Shown here: in pieces, positions 50,101-59,903 of the stretch
Layout of the letters: each line of letters begins with the position of its first letter
Position numbering within the stretch: the first letter of the stretch is position 1
Assembly (NCBI GenBank): GCA_949472775.1
Contig: CASWVG010000010.1
Coordinates: 4,185-68,184, forward strand
Length of the DNA: 64,000 nt
Origin: an uncultured Lachnospiraceae bacterium
Lineage (GTDB): Bacteria > Bacillota > Clostridia > Lachnospirales > Lachnospiraceae
Reading direction: 5' to 3'
The notes under the pieces: generated by a model
Databases searched by the model: none
Seen by the model: only the letters and a program-made list of their open reading frames with translations
Told to the model about the DNA's origin: nothing
Made by a program: the position numbers and the translations under genes

Positions 50101-52646
50101 ATATTTAAGATCTCATCTATCTCAGTCCTGCATGCCTCGATCCAGGTCAACAGCTTCCTATTTTTCTCCAGCTCCGCTTCCTTCTTTTCCTGATCGTTTG
50201 CACATTCTTCCAACTCCGCATACTTCTGCTGAATCAGTTCATCCAGCTCGTCAAACAGCTCCATGAACTGTGTCTTCATCCCGTCAACCTGATCCTCTGC
50301 GTAGTTTAAGGCATCCTCAATTCCTTCATCCAGACTTCTTCTGAGTTTACTCACCAGACCAGACTGGATTACCGCCGTCTCCACGGAAAATTTCTCGATT
50401 TTCTCTCTCCGCTCCTCAAAGATGTCTTTCATCACCGTCTTATATTTCACTCTTGTGTCATAAACATCTTCGTCCTTATAATCATCAACTGTCTCGTAAA
50501 CGTCCTCTGTAATATACTTGGGTTCCCAGAATTTAAGAAAACTGAAGAATCCTGTCTTGTTTGGATTTCTTACCGTTCTCGTTCCCGTTTTCTCCCTGTG
50601 GGAACCAACTTTCACCTTTTTTGTGCCAACCTTTACCTTTTCGGTGCCGGCAACCACTTCCTCCTCTTCCTGACCAACCTTCTCATAATACACCTTTTCT
50701 TCATAGGTAGTCTCACCGACATCCTCAACGGTTTCCGCGGCAAAGTCATCAGAACACCAGTTTGCCGCGCTCTCCCTCATACTGTTCAGTGCCCCTTTAA
50801 TCAAGTCTACCGTATCAAATTCCAGCGTTTTATCCTCGGCATCCTCATCAATCTTTTCCAACTTCTCCTGATATTCTCTAAGAAGCCTTTCCCCTGTCTC
50901 CATGACTTCTTGATTAATCACACTTTCCAGATTAGAAGTAAGTTCCGCGATCGAATCGGAACTCATCATGGTAAACTGGGATACAAGACGCTTTGCCTCA
51001 TCCTTATTGGTGATAACATCTCCATAAGCTTCAAAGACTCGTGTCGTTTTCCGATTGGCTTCCATCTTCAGCGTTTCCGCCTTTTCTTCAATGGATTCCA
51101 TAGGATTCAGAGCGGCGATTTTCTCCTTAAAGACAGCCGCCTCTTTTCCATCCACTATTTTTGCCCTCACAATTGCAGCCCGCTCCGCACATGCCTTCGC
51201 CGCCTGCTCATCAGTCGCCACCTGTGTTTTTGCCTTGGTGAGAACCTGCGTGCTTTCCAGGACTTCCTGAAACGATTCTACCAGATCCTTTATCTTCTTT
51301 GTCTTTGCATATTTCTTTACATAGGCAGTAATCGCTGCTTCTATGGAATAAATACCACAATGAATCAACGCCTGTTCCTTGGTATCCCCATTCTTTTCTG
51401 CCTCATGCAGTTTAAAATCCAGTTCTCTCTGCGCACTCGGTGATAAGGTAGAATACTGCTCCAGATGCATGGAATCATATTCAATAAATTTATCAATCAT
51501 AGGAAGGGTATCCCTCGCCGACTGGGGCAGCTTCTTCTCCTCAGCTCTGGTAAGGTTATCAATATCAATACCTCCCAGATAGGTGCGGATGTTAAGCGCT
51601 GTGTACGCAGAGCACGGAAAAATTTGCGGATCTTCAATGCCGTAGGAACCCAGATATCTTTTAGCCGCCGTAATAGCTTTCCCGATATCTTCTTCCTCCG
51701 GGTTAAACCCGTCCATTTTATTAATCACAAAAAGGAATCTGTCCCTCACCTGCTTTCCACCCTTTTTGATCTGATCCGCGACATACGAGAGCAGTGAGGC
51801 ATCGTCATTTGTAGATAACTGCGTGCCATTTAAAACATACAGTATCAAATTGTTGGAATCATTATTGATAGCCCTGTAGGTCGTATTTTTATGTGACTGA
51901 TTTTGGGAATTATTCGGTCCTGGTGTGTCCACTAGCATAAGTGCCGTGCTCCTTGCGTCAAGGAACGGAATATTTCCCTTAGCAGCTATACGATATACCT
52001 CTTCACTGTCATTGAGTTCATTCATGATGTCATAAGTCAAATCGGGAACTTCCCGGAGAACGACATTATCCGCATCATACACCACAGCCGCAAACCGCTC
52101 CAGATCATTATCCAGAATTTCTGTGATAGACGCCGTGCATGCCTCATTTTTTGACGGCATCATCCGCTTCCCCAGGAGAGAATTGATCAAGGTGGATTTC
52201 CCGGAACTCATCGTTGCCACTACGTTGATCGGAAAAACAGAATTATTGATATTAGCAAACGCCTTTATAAGCTTGGGGTCCCTGAAATCTTCTATCGGTC
52301 CCTCCTGTAAATCCGTAAATACCTGTACGATCTTATCGTTGATTGTCTCATCCGACTTACCTTCAGTAAACTTAAGATTCAATTTCTTAATTACACCCTG
52401 CTCCTTCGCACGGTTAAAAGCATCCTCCACATCATCCCAGTCAAGAGACATTCCATAAAATGTAATATCGAAATCCAAAGTATTCTGTTCGTTCACAAGC
52501 ATCTGCGGAAAATCTCCAATCCACTCCTGCAGACGTTTTCCCTTCACAACCTTAAAAAGAGTGCTGTCATTTGCAATTTCTTTTCCATTTATACTAATCT
52601 GTGTTGACATCCTATAAGGATTATATTTCATGTATACCTGAGCCAT
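50097..52646 (-). CDS. Dynamin-like GTPase (long)
   Basis: G1 ATMSSGKST, G2 ACT, G3 DTPG, G4 NKMD; helical stalk and hydrophobic paddle GFFSFLKFW. Confidence 0.9.
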   Translation of the reverse strand: MAQVYMKYNPYRMSTQISINGKEIANDSTLFKVVKGKRLQEWIGDFPQMLVNEQNTLDFDITFYGMSLDWDDVEDAFNRAKEQGVIKKLNLKFTEGKSDETINDKIVQVFTDLQEGPIEDFRDPKLIKAFANINNSVFPINVVATMSSGKSTLINSLLGKRMMPSKNEACTASITEILDNDLERFAAVVYDADNVVLREVPDLTYDIMNELNDSEEVYRIAAKGNIPFLDARSTALMLVDTPGPNNSQNQSHKNTTYRAINNDSNNLILYVLNGTQLSTNDDASLLSYVADQIKKGGKQVRDRFLFVINKMDGFNPEEEDIGKAITAAKRYLGSYGIEDPQIFPCSAYTALNIRTYLGGIDIDNLTRAEEKKLPQSARDTLPMIDKFIEYDSMHLEQYSTLSPSAQRELDFKLHEAEKNGDTKEQALIHCGIYSIEAAITAYVKKYAKTKKIKDLVESFQEVLESTQVLTKAKTQVATDEQAAKACAERAAIVRAKIVDGKEAAVFKEKIAALNPMESIEEKAETLKMEANRKTTRVFEAYGDVITNKDEAKRLVSQFTMMSSDSIAELTSNLESVINQEVMETGERLLREYQEKLEKIDEDAEDKTLEFDTVDLIKGALNSMRESAANWCSDDFAAETVEDVGETTYEEKVYYEKVGQEEEEVVAGTEKVKVGTKKVKVGSHREKTGTRTVRNPNKTGFFSFLKFWEPKYITEDVYETVDDYKDEDVYDTRVKYKTVMKDIFEERREKIEKFSVETAVIQSGLVSKLRRSLDEGIEDALNYAEDQVDGMKTQFMELFDELDELIQQKYAELEECANDQEKKEAELEKNRKLLTWIEACRTEIDEILNI

Positions 52647-54087
52647 TTCCTTTTCCTCCTGTTGTCATCGCGCCTATGATTTTTTCTACATAAGCCAGCC
52701 CGCATGTCTTCTGTAACTGTTCTTCTTCCCTTTCCACATCGTCAATACGTATCTTTTTTATATATTTTTCATAATATGTCGGAAGCCCCATCCGTTCAAA
52801 CTTATCCACAAAATTATACAGCTCTCTCTCATCAGCCCTGGATAAGCCGCCGTTTATAAACCGTTTTGACAAATATCCAGCTTTTGCCGAAACCGGACAG
52901 ACCATCGGATTTTTAAATCCCTTCTTTTTTAGAAATTCTATCTGTCGTTGTAGAGCCTCTTCCAGATTTTCCTCCTCCACATTGAAAGAGTCAATTTTAT
53001 TTACCACAAAAAGAACCGGAGTCCGCCCTATCGTTTTTTTCACAAAATCAAGATGGTCACTCTCATCATTCGTTCCCAACTGTGTGGCATTCATCACGTA
53101 TATCAGCAGCTGATATTTTTTCCCCTTTAACAGCTTGTCCGTTATCACCTTATGCTCCTGATCGCCACTAAAATTTACGCCCGGCGAATCATGAATGATA
53201 ATTCTGTGCCCCTTTAACCTTCCATCAAAGTGAACACCAACCACAATTTTATCTGATCCGTTCAATGTATTGTCATTTAGCAATTCTTCTTTTCCTGCCG
53301 TAAGCACAAGATCATGATCATATTCATAGGCATAGCCATCTTCATATACCTTATTTACAATACTGTGGATTTTGCTCGTACAGGCCATATTTTGCGAAAG
53401 ACATATGTATTTGCCTGTCAAAGCATTGATAAAAGTAGATTTTCCCGCGCTCATCGTAGCCGTTACCATGACTCCGGCAGGCAGCTGATCTTTAAAATAT
53501 AAGTTTTTTAATATCAACTGAATATACTGCCTTTCCTCATCAATCACCACACTTTTTGACAATGCCTTCAGTTTTTTATATTTGTCCCTCTCATTTCCCC
53601 TAAATGCGCGGAACAGTTTATTGACAAACTCCTGGTTTATCCCACAATCCCGGAAGTCTTCATAGTACTTCGCTTTTACCAGCTCCAATCTGGGCTCATC
53701 AGACGCCTTTACTTCATATCCGAGCAAATGCATGAAATCCAGCAGAATGTAATATTTATAATAGGATATATCATGTTCCCCGCAAATCTCATCCGAACCC
53801 AAAATAATCTTTTCATAGGCGAGCAGCTCAGCGCTTTCATATTTTCTTCTGTTCCATTTGCCCGCTTTAAGATATGTCTCAAGTCTATCCAAATATTTCC
53901 TTTTTCTCTCCTCTGACTCCCGCATGACCGGATTATTCACAACAATATGCGAGATCGCTAGAAATGAAATGTTAATGCCGTCCACCTCCTGCTCCATTGC
54001 TATAGATTCCAGATAGTTCTGTTCTTTTCTAATTTCTTTCTCCCTTTGTATTTTTCTGTACTTTTTTCCATTTTTCTTCAACTGCAT
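52621..54087 (-). CDS. Dynamin-like GTPase (short, C-terminal G domain)
   Basis: G1 ATMSAGKST, ACT, DSPG, NKID, PVSA. Confidence 0.88.
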   Translation of the reverse strand: MQLKKNGKKYRKIQREKEIRKEQNYLESIAMEQEVDGINISFLAISHIVVNNPVMRESEERKRKYLDRLETYLKAGKWNRRKYESAELLAYEKIILGSDEICGEHDISYYKYYILLDFMHLLGYEVKASDEPRLELVKAKYYEDFRDCGINQEFVNKLFRAFRGNERDKYKKLKALSKSVVIDEERQYIQLILKNLYFKDQLPAGVMVTATMSAGKSTFINALTGKYICLSQNMACTSKIHSIVNKVYEDGYAYEYDHDLVLTAGKEELLNDNTLNGSDKIVVGVHFDGRLKGHRIIIHDSPGVNFSGDQEHKVITDKLLKGKKYQLLIYVMNATQLGTNDESDHLDFVKKTIGRTPVLFVVNKIDSFNVEEENLEEALQRQIEFLKKKGFKNPMVCPVSAKAGYLSKRFINGGLSRADERELYNFVDKFERMGLPTYYEKYIKKIRIDDVEREEEQLQKTCGLAYVEKIIGAMTTGGKGNGSGIHEI

Positions 54088-54244
54088 TCCTCCATGATAA
54101 ATTCATCTACAATTTTATGATTTTTTGCACAGTGTGTCAATATTTGTAATCTTTTGCGCTTTGTTCAATGAATCGTTTATTATGTCATTTGTTTTCTCAT
54201 AGAGGTACTGAAATAATAGATTCAAAACAAACATAATATATTGT

Positions 54245-55240
54245 TTATTTTGAATCTTCCCATATAATCATCGAAATCAACATCTGTTTCATTTTCACAA
54301 CAAAGTCTGAACAGACATGCTGCAACTCTGTAAGATCCGTCTTTTTTTCTCTTCCATTGTAAACTGCACGCATAGCATTAACGAAATTACCCATCTGCTT
54401 ATTTAAATCCTGTCGTACAAGTGACATTTCATCAGTTTCGTTTAACCGTTCCGCAACTGCTTCCATATAATAGCAATACATCCCGTTCTTACCCTGATTA
54501 TAGGTACACAACTCAAAATAAGACTGCGGATCCACAGAAGAACTTGTATCCAGACCATATTCTTCTTGTACCAGCGTCTCTACCTTCCCACGCAGATCAA
54601 ATGCATTCCACAATTTTAACAAACTTTTTTTACTTAACGAATGATTTCTGACATTGTCCGCGAGCGTCTTCGCCTCACCGCTACAATACAACTCTATATA
54701 GTCAGCAAACGATTCCTGAAATTCATCTATAAAATCTTCTACACTCTTACCAATTTCATCCAGCCATTTCTGCACATTCTGCTCTACTTCATCCAACTGT
54801 GCTTTTTTTATTGATTCCGTCTCACTTTCCGCATCTTTGCACATTCTCTGCAATGCTGCCTTACAAGCAAGTTTGGCCTTAGAAAGCCTCTCAAAACTAT
54901 AATCCCCGCTACCATAATCCTTAGCATTTACCGTCTTCCGATTCATTTCCTGCCGTTTCAAAATCGGTTCATCATAAGTTTCCAGCATATTCTCTTGGAA
55001 CTCTTGTATGCAATCATATAGATCCATGGCAAGATTCATAATTTGTTCATAAAATTCTTTTGAATTTGGAATACTGTCATCACTCTTCTGAGAATCAATT
55101 ATTTGTTCCATTTTTTCTGCAAAAGGTTTCTTATCCTTTACATCTGAAACCGAAATCACTTCATTTTTTACCTTAACTCCACCCATCTCATAAATTTTTT
55201 CAAAACTCCCCAAAACTCCTTCATAGCTCCACATCAGCAC
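54245..55240 (-). CDS. Acidic helical hypothetical protein (paralog of 42132-43154)
   Basis: 331 aa; AKDYGSGDYSFERLSKAKLACKAAL. Confidence 0.8.
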   Translation of the reverse strand: MLMWSYEGVLGSFEKIYEMGGVKVKNEVISVSDVKDKKPFAEKMEQIIDSQKSDDSIPNSKEFYEQIMNLAMDLYDCIQEFQENMLETYDEPILKRQEMNRKTVNAKDYGSGDYSFERLSKAKLACKAALQRMCKDAESETESIKKAQLDEVEQNVQKWLDEIGKSVEDFIDEFQESFADYIELYCSGEAKTLADNVRNHSLSKKSLLKLWNAFDLRGKVETLVQEEYGLDTSSSVDPQSYFELCTYNQGKNGMYCYYMEAVAERLNETDEMSLVRQDLNKQMGNFVNAMRAVYNGREKKTDLTELQHVCSDFVVKMKQMLISMIIWEDSK

Positions 55241-55465
55241 TGCCTCCTTCGTTATAAAAATACTGACTGCATATGATTTTTAATTTTTTTGAGTTAATAT
55301 GGACTTATTTGTATACCTCATATTTTGTTTCATGTCATATCCAGTCATATAGTTTCAATCAAATTATATAATGTTTAAATACGATATGCAATCAAATATT
55401 TCGTATAAATATGCTATTTAAAAATAAGCTAATTGATTATAATTCCATAAGAGGGAGGATTTCAC

Positions 55466-55684
55466 ATGGTACGTTTACGCATTCTCGATATCTTAGAAGA
55501 ACAGGAACACACAAAATACTGGCTTTACAAGCAGATGGATATGATGAGTTACCGTAATTTCAAAAACATCGTTGAGAACGAGACTTCCAGCATCCGCTTC
55601 GAAATTCTTGACAAGCTCAGCCGGATCCTGAATGTCCCCATCGGCGAATTATTTGAACAATCCGAGGATCCGACCGACATTTAA
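55466..55684 (+). CDS. XRE/Cro-type HTH regulator
   Basis: 72 aa; SSIRFEILDKLSRILNVPIGELFE; GGGAGG RBS. Confidence 0.88.
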   Translation: MVRLRILDILEEQEHTKYWLYKQMDMMSYRNFKNIVENETSSIRFEILDKLSRILNVPIGELFEQSEDPTDI

Positions 55685-55688
55685 TAGA

Positions 55689-55720
55689 ATTATAATATAC
55701 ACCCATGACATATACTGTCA
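55689..55720 (-). promoter_or_regulatory. TGACA-N5-TGTCA box 11 bp upstream of a TATAAT -10 element
   Basis: Palindrome at 55706-55720; minus-strand TATAAT at 55689-55694. Confidence 0.6.
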
Positions 55721-56032
55721 TTCCAGCAAAATTTTCATAAAAATTTATAAATCTTGAAAAAAGAAAACATGGAAACAATCATCACCTCCATTGCTTCCAT
55801 GTTCCATATGGATATTTAATGTCTCCTTTAACCTCTCCACAAACAGGCTGTCTGGCGTAAAATTCTACAAAAAGTTTCCGTTTTACGGGGATTTCAAAAG
55901 GCAAAGCCTCCGCTTGCTCTCTGTCACAAAAACTTATTCAAGGGATTGTTCTAACATTTTACGGAGCAGTGTAATCGATTTTTCAAAAATTTGCATGATG
56001 GTGAATCCGCTTCAATAACAATATATACTTCA

Positions 56033-56457
56033 TTATTCAGTTTCCGCCTGGATACGTTCCTTGCAATACCTCTCAACCAACTGTATAAATTCATCAGCTA
56101 CCGCAATTTGACGCTCAGATTCTTCTCTACTGGCAATATAGAAATCATCGTAATCGCTTGCATGTCGTATTTCTTCCGCCTCACCAATTTTTCTTCCAAT
56201 TTCTCTTGAAAAAATCTCCGTTTTCACATAGTTTTTATTAAAACTTCCAATCGCATCCTTATGACGTTTATAAGCATTCCCATTTAAACCATGAACAGCA
56301 TTTACTGCTTGAAAAATGGCATAATAGGATCGGTTATTAGCACTCTTATACTCTTCTGCCACAAATAGTATTTTGTCGCTTTTAAATTATCTTTGGCTGT
56401 CTGGATTCGATATAAACATAAATCTTTTCGTGTCCCTATATCTTTATGCTGCTCCAT
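56033..56457 (-). pseudogene. HEPN-domain toxin, frameshifted
   Basis: MEQHKDIGTRKDLCLYRIQTAKDNLKA from ATG 56457 joins KILFVAEEYKSANNRSYYAIF...RHASDY only if one base is added near 56375. Confidence 0.75.
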
Positions 56458-56785
56458 ATAAAATCACTCCCTCTTTATGGATATTTGCATAGAACGGATA
56501 GTTCTCAATCCATTTTATAAAATGTGCCTCGCTTTTGGCAATCGGTTTTATATCAAGATCATTATCTAAATTAAAGTCATATGTCATATAAAAAAGTTTC
56601 TGGCTGTAAGACTTTAAATCTGACTCCGATATATCAAGCAATATCATAATATCTACGTCTGAATTCTGTTCGAAATCTCCTCTGGCATAAGAACCATACA
56701 AAATCACCTTCCGTAAATGTAAACCATAAATTTTCTTAATTTCAGAAATATACTGATCTATCAAATTCTGCATTGCCAGTGACAT
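56444..56785 (-). CDS. MNT nucleotidyltransferase antitoxin
   Basis: LYGSYARGD...SDVDI motif; overlaps the HEPN start. Confidence 0.9.
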   Translation of the reverse strand: MSLAMQNLIDQYISEIKKIYGLHLRKVILYGSYARGDFEQNSDVDIMILLDISESDLKSYSQKLFYMTYDFNLDNDLDIKPIAKSEAHFIKWIENYPFYANIHKEGVILYGAA

Positions 56786-57077
56786 ATATCACTTCTCCTC
56801 TAAAATATCCATTCCTGATCATGCATCAATAATGTCATATACTCATGCCTCTTGTCTATATCACTCCAATTTTCAGTGTGGCTCCATTACCTGAGCAGCC
56901 TCTTTCAACAGAAAACTTTGCTTTTATTATTGCCATTATTATAAAGCTTTTCCCAGACACTTCCATCCTGCTTAAAAATACAATACCTATTGTTTCTATG
57001 ACAAATTCTGTTATCCTCCAAAAAAGAGGTTACTGATATAGCAAAAATCTCAGCGGAAAACTTCCAAGTCATTTAAA

Positions 57078-58037
57078 TTATAAGCAGGCATCTACATAAT
57101 CTGCCAATAGCTTATCAATCTGCAAGTTCAGGCTTTCGGGCATCCGCCTATCCGCATCCTGCAGTTTTACCCACAGATGCAGCTTTAGATACCTGACCGC
57201 TTTCCTTTTCTCCGCCTTCCCCTCGTCTGCCTGCATTTTGACCTGGACTCTCTTCTGTTCAAAAAGAGGAATGATTAGATAATACATACGATCGTCTAAA
57301 AAAGAAAGATACCCCAGCTCCTGCCCTGCTTGATTTTTTATATATAATCTGTGATTACTAAGCCTGGACGGATAAAACAGCTCCCCCTTTTTTACAGGAG
57401 CCATCCCATCTTCCAATTCCAGCATGGAATCAAGATAAAAAATCCTTTCTCCGTCCGGACTGCTTTCCTCCTCTTGCGCAATTTCCGAGAACAAGGCAGA
57501 TGCATCTATAAATTGCTGGGCAAGCAGATACGCAAGTTCCGCCTGAATCTGCTGCCGTCTGTTTGAAGCCCCTCCCTTATAATATCTCTCATCTATCCCG
57601 TCCAATAGCTCCTTACTGCATTGATACATACTGCGCAAAAAAAGTGGAAAATCCTCATCTGTCTTCCACAGGTATTTCCCTTTAGCCACACAGAAAGTTC
57701 CCAAAACCGTCCCATCATAATCTTCCACATACTGCAAAACTTCCCGCTCCACAAATGCATTTCCATTGACAGGCGCGTCCCACGCGGCATTCTTTTTATC
57801 CTTCGAGCCCGGATGCCGGCCATCATAATTAATATTCTCAAGATCGGCCGGTTTCTCTTTCATCAAAATTGCATATGCGTGGTTAATTTCCTGCGCACTG
57901 TACAAATAGTTTCCCTGCAATGATGCGTTAGCATCCGGATGCACCTGTTGCATCAGTTTCCTATATCTTTTCTTGATTTCGCTCTTTCCGGCTCCCTGCG
58001 AAATTCCAAGAACTTGATATGCTTTCCGTAATGTCAC
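57078..58037 (-). CDS. J-domain (DnaJ-like) protein with an unknown C-terminus
   Basis: AYQVLG...EIKKRYRKL...HPD...EINHAYAIL. Confidence 0.85.
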   Translation of the reverse strand: MTLRKAYQVLGISQGAGKSEIKKRYRKLMQQVHPDANASLQGNYLYSAQEINHAYAILMKEKPADLENINYDGRHPGSKDKKNAAWDAPVNGNAFVEREVLQYVEDYDGTVLGTFCVAKGKYLWKTDEDFPLFLRSMYQCSKELLDGIDERYYKGGASNRRQQIQAELAYLLAQQFIDASALFSEIAQEEESSPDGERIFYLDSMLELEDGMAPVKKGELFYPSRLSNHRLYIKNQAGQELGYLSFLDDRMYYLIIPLFEQKRVQVKMQADEGKAEKRKAVRYLKLHLWVKLQDADRRMPESLNLQIDKLLADYVDACL

Positions 58038-58280
58038 AACTTACTCCTGTCTATGCCAGTCCCCTTATCCTCTTCCTTTTTCCGTATACTTTCTTTTTTG
58101 CAAACATTTCGATCAGTATATCATATCTTTTTCATACTTTTATAGTGCTCCCTTATCATTGTATTATTTTGGGAAACCCTCGTTTATCGGAAAATTCTTC
58201 TCAACTTTATTCCAAAAGACTGTTCTTGTCACGCGAGGTAAGTGCCGCAAAACAGCAATAGACAACTCTTAGCATAATGA

Positions 58281-58848
58281 TTATGCTCCTGTGACTCCAT
58301 GCCGAGCATCACAGGCTCCACACCTTACACCGTGGATTTCTTTCTTAATCTTAATATGATCTCTGACCGCCTGTATACTTCTTGCTGTGTTCCCGTGTTC
58401 TAATATGGAAAACACTTCCGTATCACGGTCCTCCAATTCCTCCGGCTTAATGACATTCCTTACTTCAAACTCGCACTCATACCGTCCGCTTTCCGAATCT
58501 TGAAACATATTCCTGCGCTTTCTGAAGCGATATATCCAGTTTCTTTTGGAGACGCTCCAATATATCCTGCTCTGAAAGTCCAACATCTAAGCCAGTCTCA
58601 ATAATCCCCTCTGCTTTGCCCTCTGCCTTTCCCTCTGCTTTGCCCTTCTTTTCGTTCTCTAATGCAATCTCTTCAGACAATGTACACATCCTGCCATCTC
58701 CTTTTTCAAATGCGCTATAGTCTATCTTGCTGTTGGTAGCTCCGGCTATCGTCATAACCACCGCCTTGTCCGTCCCATGTTCTTCACTATATTGTATAGC
58801 CTTCCCTATATAAATCTGCAAGGCGCCCGTCATCATATTTGCAAGCAT
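58281..58848 (-). pseudogene. Fragments of an Rpn-like gene (C-terminal GKAE-repeat piece plus an N-terminal piece)
   Basis: MCTLSEEIA..GKAEGKAEGKAEG tail. 58660-58803 duplicates 59975-60118, and 58282-58307 matches 60307-60332. Confidence 0.65.
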
Positions 58849-58866
58849 CTGGAAAAAAGAAGTGAA

Positions 58867-59035
58867 ATACCCCGCAGCAAGCTACTGGGCATTGTAGCTT
58901 TAATGCACAGCAAGCTGCGGGGCATCGTAGCTTGAATGCGCAGCAAGCTGCGGGGTATTAAACCCTCGCGGCAGTCGCCAAATGCCTGCAAGCAGTCACT
59001 TGGCTCGTTGCTCGCGGGAATAAAAACCACTTTTT
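58867..59035. repeat. Palindromic REP/MITE-like element with three 33-bp units
   Basis: cagcaagct at 58875, 58908 and 58941; ataccccgcagc (58867) is inverted to gctgcggggtat (58947-58958). Confidence 0.7.
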
Positions 59036-59060
59036 CAATTCTTCGTACTGCCTGCAAACC

Positions 59061-59903
59061 TCAAAGGGAAATATGATATTCTTTATATAATTCCTGCCGG
59101 TACTCCTTATTATCCTTAATTTTTGATATGTCATCGAAACGGTTATTATCCACCAATTTCTGAACCAGCATAAGCATCATCTCTTCCCCTACAGATTTCC
59201 CCTTTTCTATCCCTTTTTCTATCCCTTTTTCTATATTCTCCTGATCACGCATTAATAATGTCATATACTCATGCCTCCATTCCCTGTTCTTCTTTGCTTC
59301 ACGCACTGCCTCCGCCACTCTCTGGACGTAATCATCTTCCGATTCTATCCCAGCCACATAATCAAGAAACGCCTTTAATTCCTTGCTCACATCATCCTGC
59401 CTGCTACTGGCATTTAAGAATATCTTCACCGCTCCGTCATCCAGAAATACGCTGTTGTCCTCTTTGCAGATATTCTCAAAGCTATAAATATGCCTCCCTT
59501 TGCCAAAAAGGTCAAACGGACATATAAAAATAACATAGCTCGGCTTCAGCTTTTTATAAGTCTGCCCTTTGTCAATCAACTGTAGATCCAGCATACTCTG
59601 GTAATACCGACTTCTCTTGGGTAATTCCTTCGTATCCGCCGCCTGTAGTTCGATATCGTAAACGGTGCCCTTCCCATCTTTCACATAGACATCTAACCTG
59701 ACACTCTTTGCATCCACATCCGGTCGGATGCCCTTTTGTGTCTCCGGGTACTCTATATGGTCTATTTCCAGATCAGGCAGTATCCTCTGCAATAATTCCT
59801 TACATAGTCCCGCATCCTGCATCACCTTGCCGAATATAAAATCGTTGGCTATTCCTAACGATTCCCAAATCACATTAATTTCTGTCTGATTTTCCATTTT
59901 CAC
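59061..59903 (-). CDS. Rpn family PD-(D/E)XK nuclease / putative transposase
   Basis: NDFIFGKVM, VRLDVY...YDIELQ, KRSRYY, GIEKGIEKG tail. Confidence 0.9.
   Translation of the reverse strand: MKMENQTEINVIWESLGIANDFIFGKVMQDAGLCKELLQRILPDLEIDHIEYPETQKGIRPDVDAKSVRLDVYVKDGKGTVYDIELQAADTKELPKRSRYYQSMLDLQLIDKGQTYKKLKPSYVIFICPFDLFGKGRHIYSFENICKEDNSVFLDDGAVKIFLNASSRQDDVSKELKAFLDYVAGIESEDDYVQRVAEAVREAKKNREWRHEYMTLLMRDQENIEKGIEKGIEKGKSVGEEMMLMLVQKLVDNNRFDDISKIKDNKEYRQELYKEYHISL

Noticed and set aside
58867-58960. Possible CRISPR array
   Set aside because: Only three contiguous 33-bp units with no unique spacers, and no cas genes.
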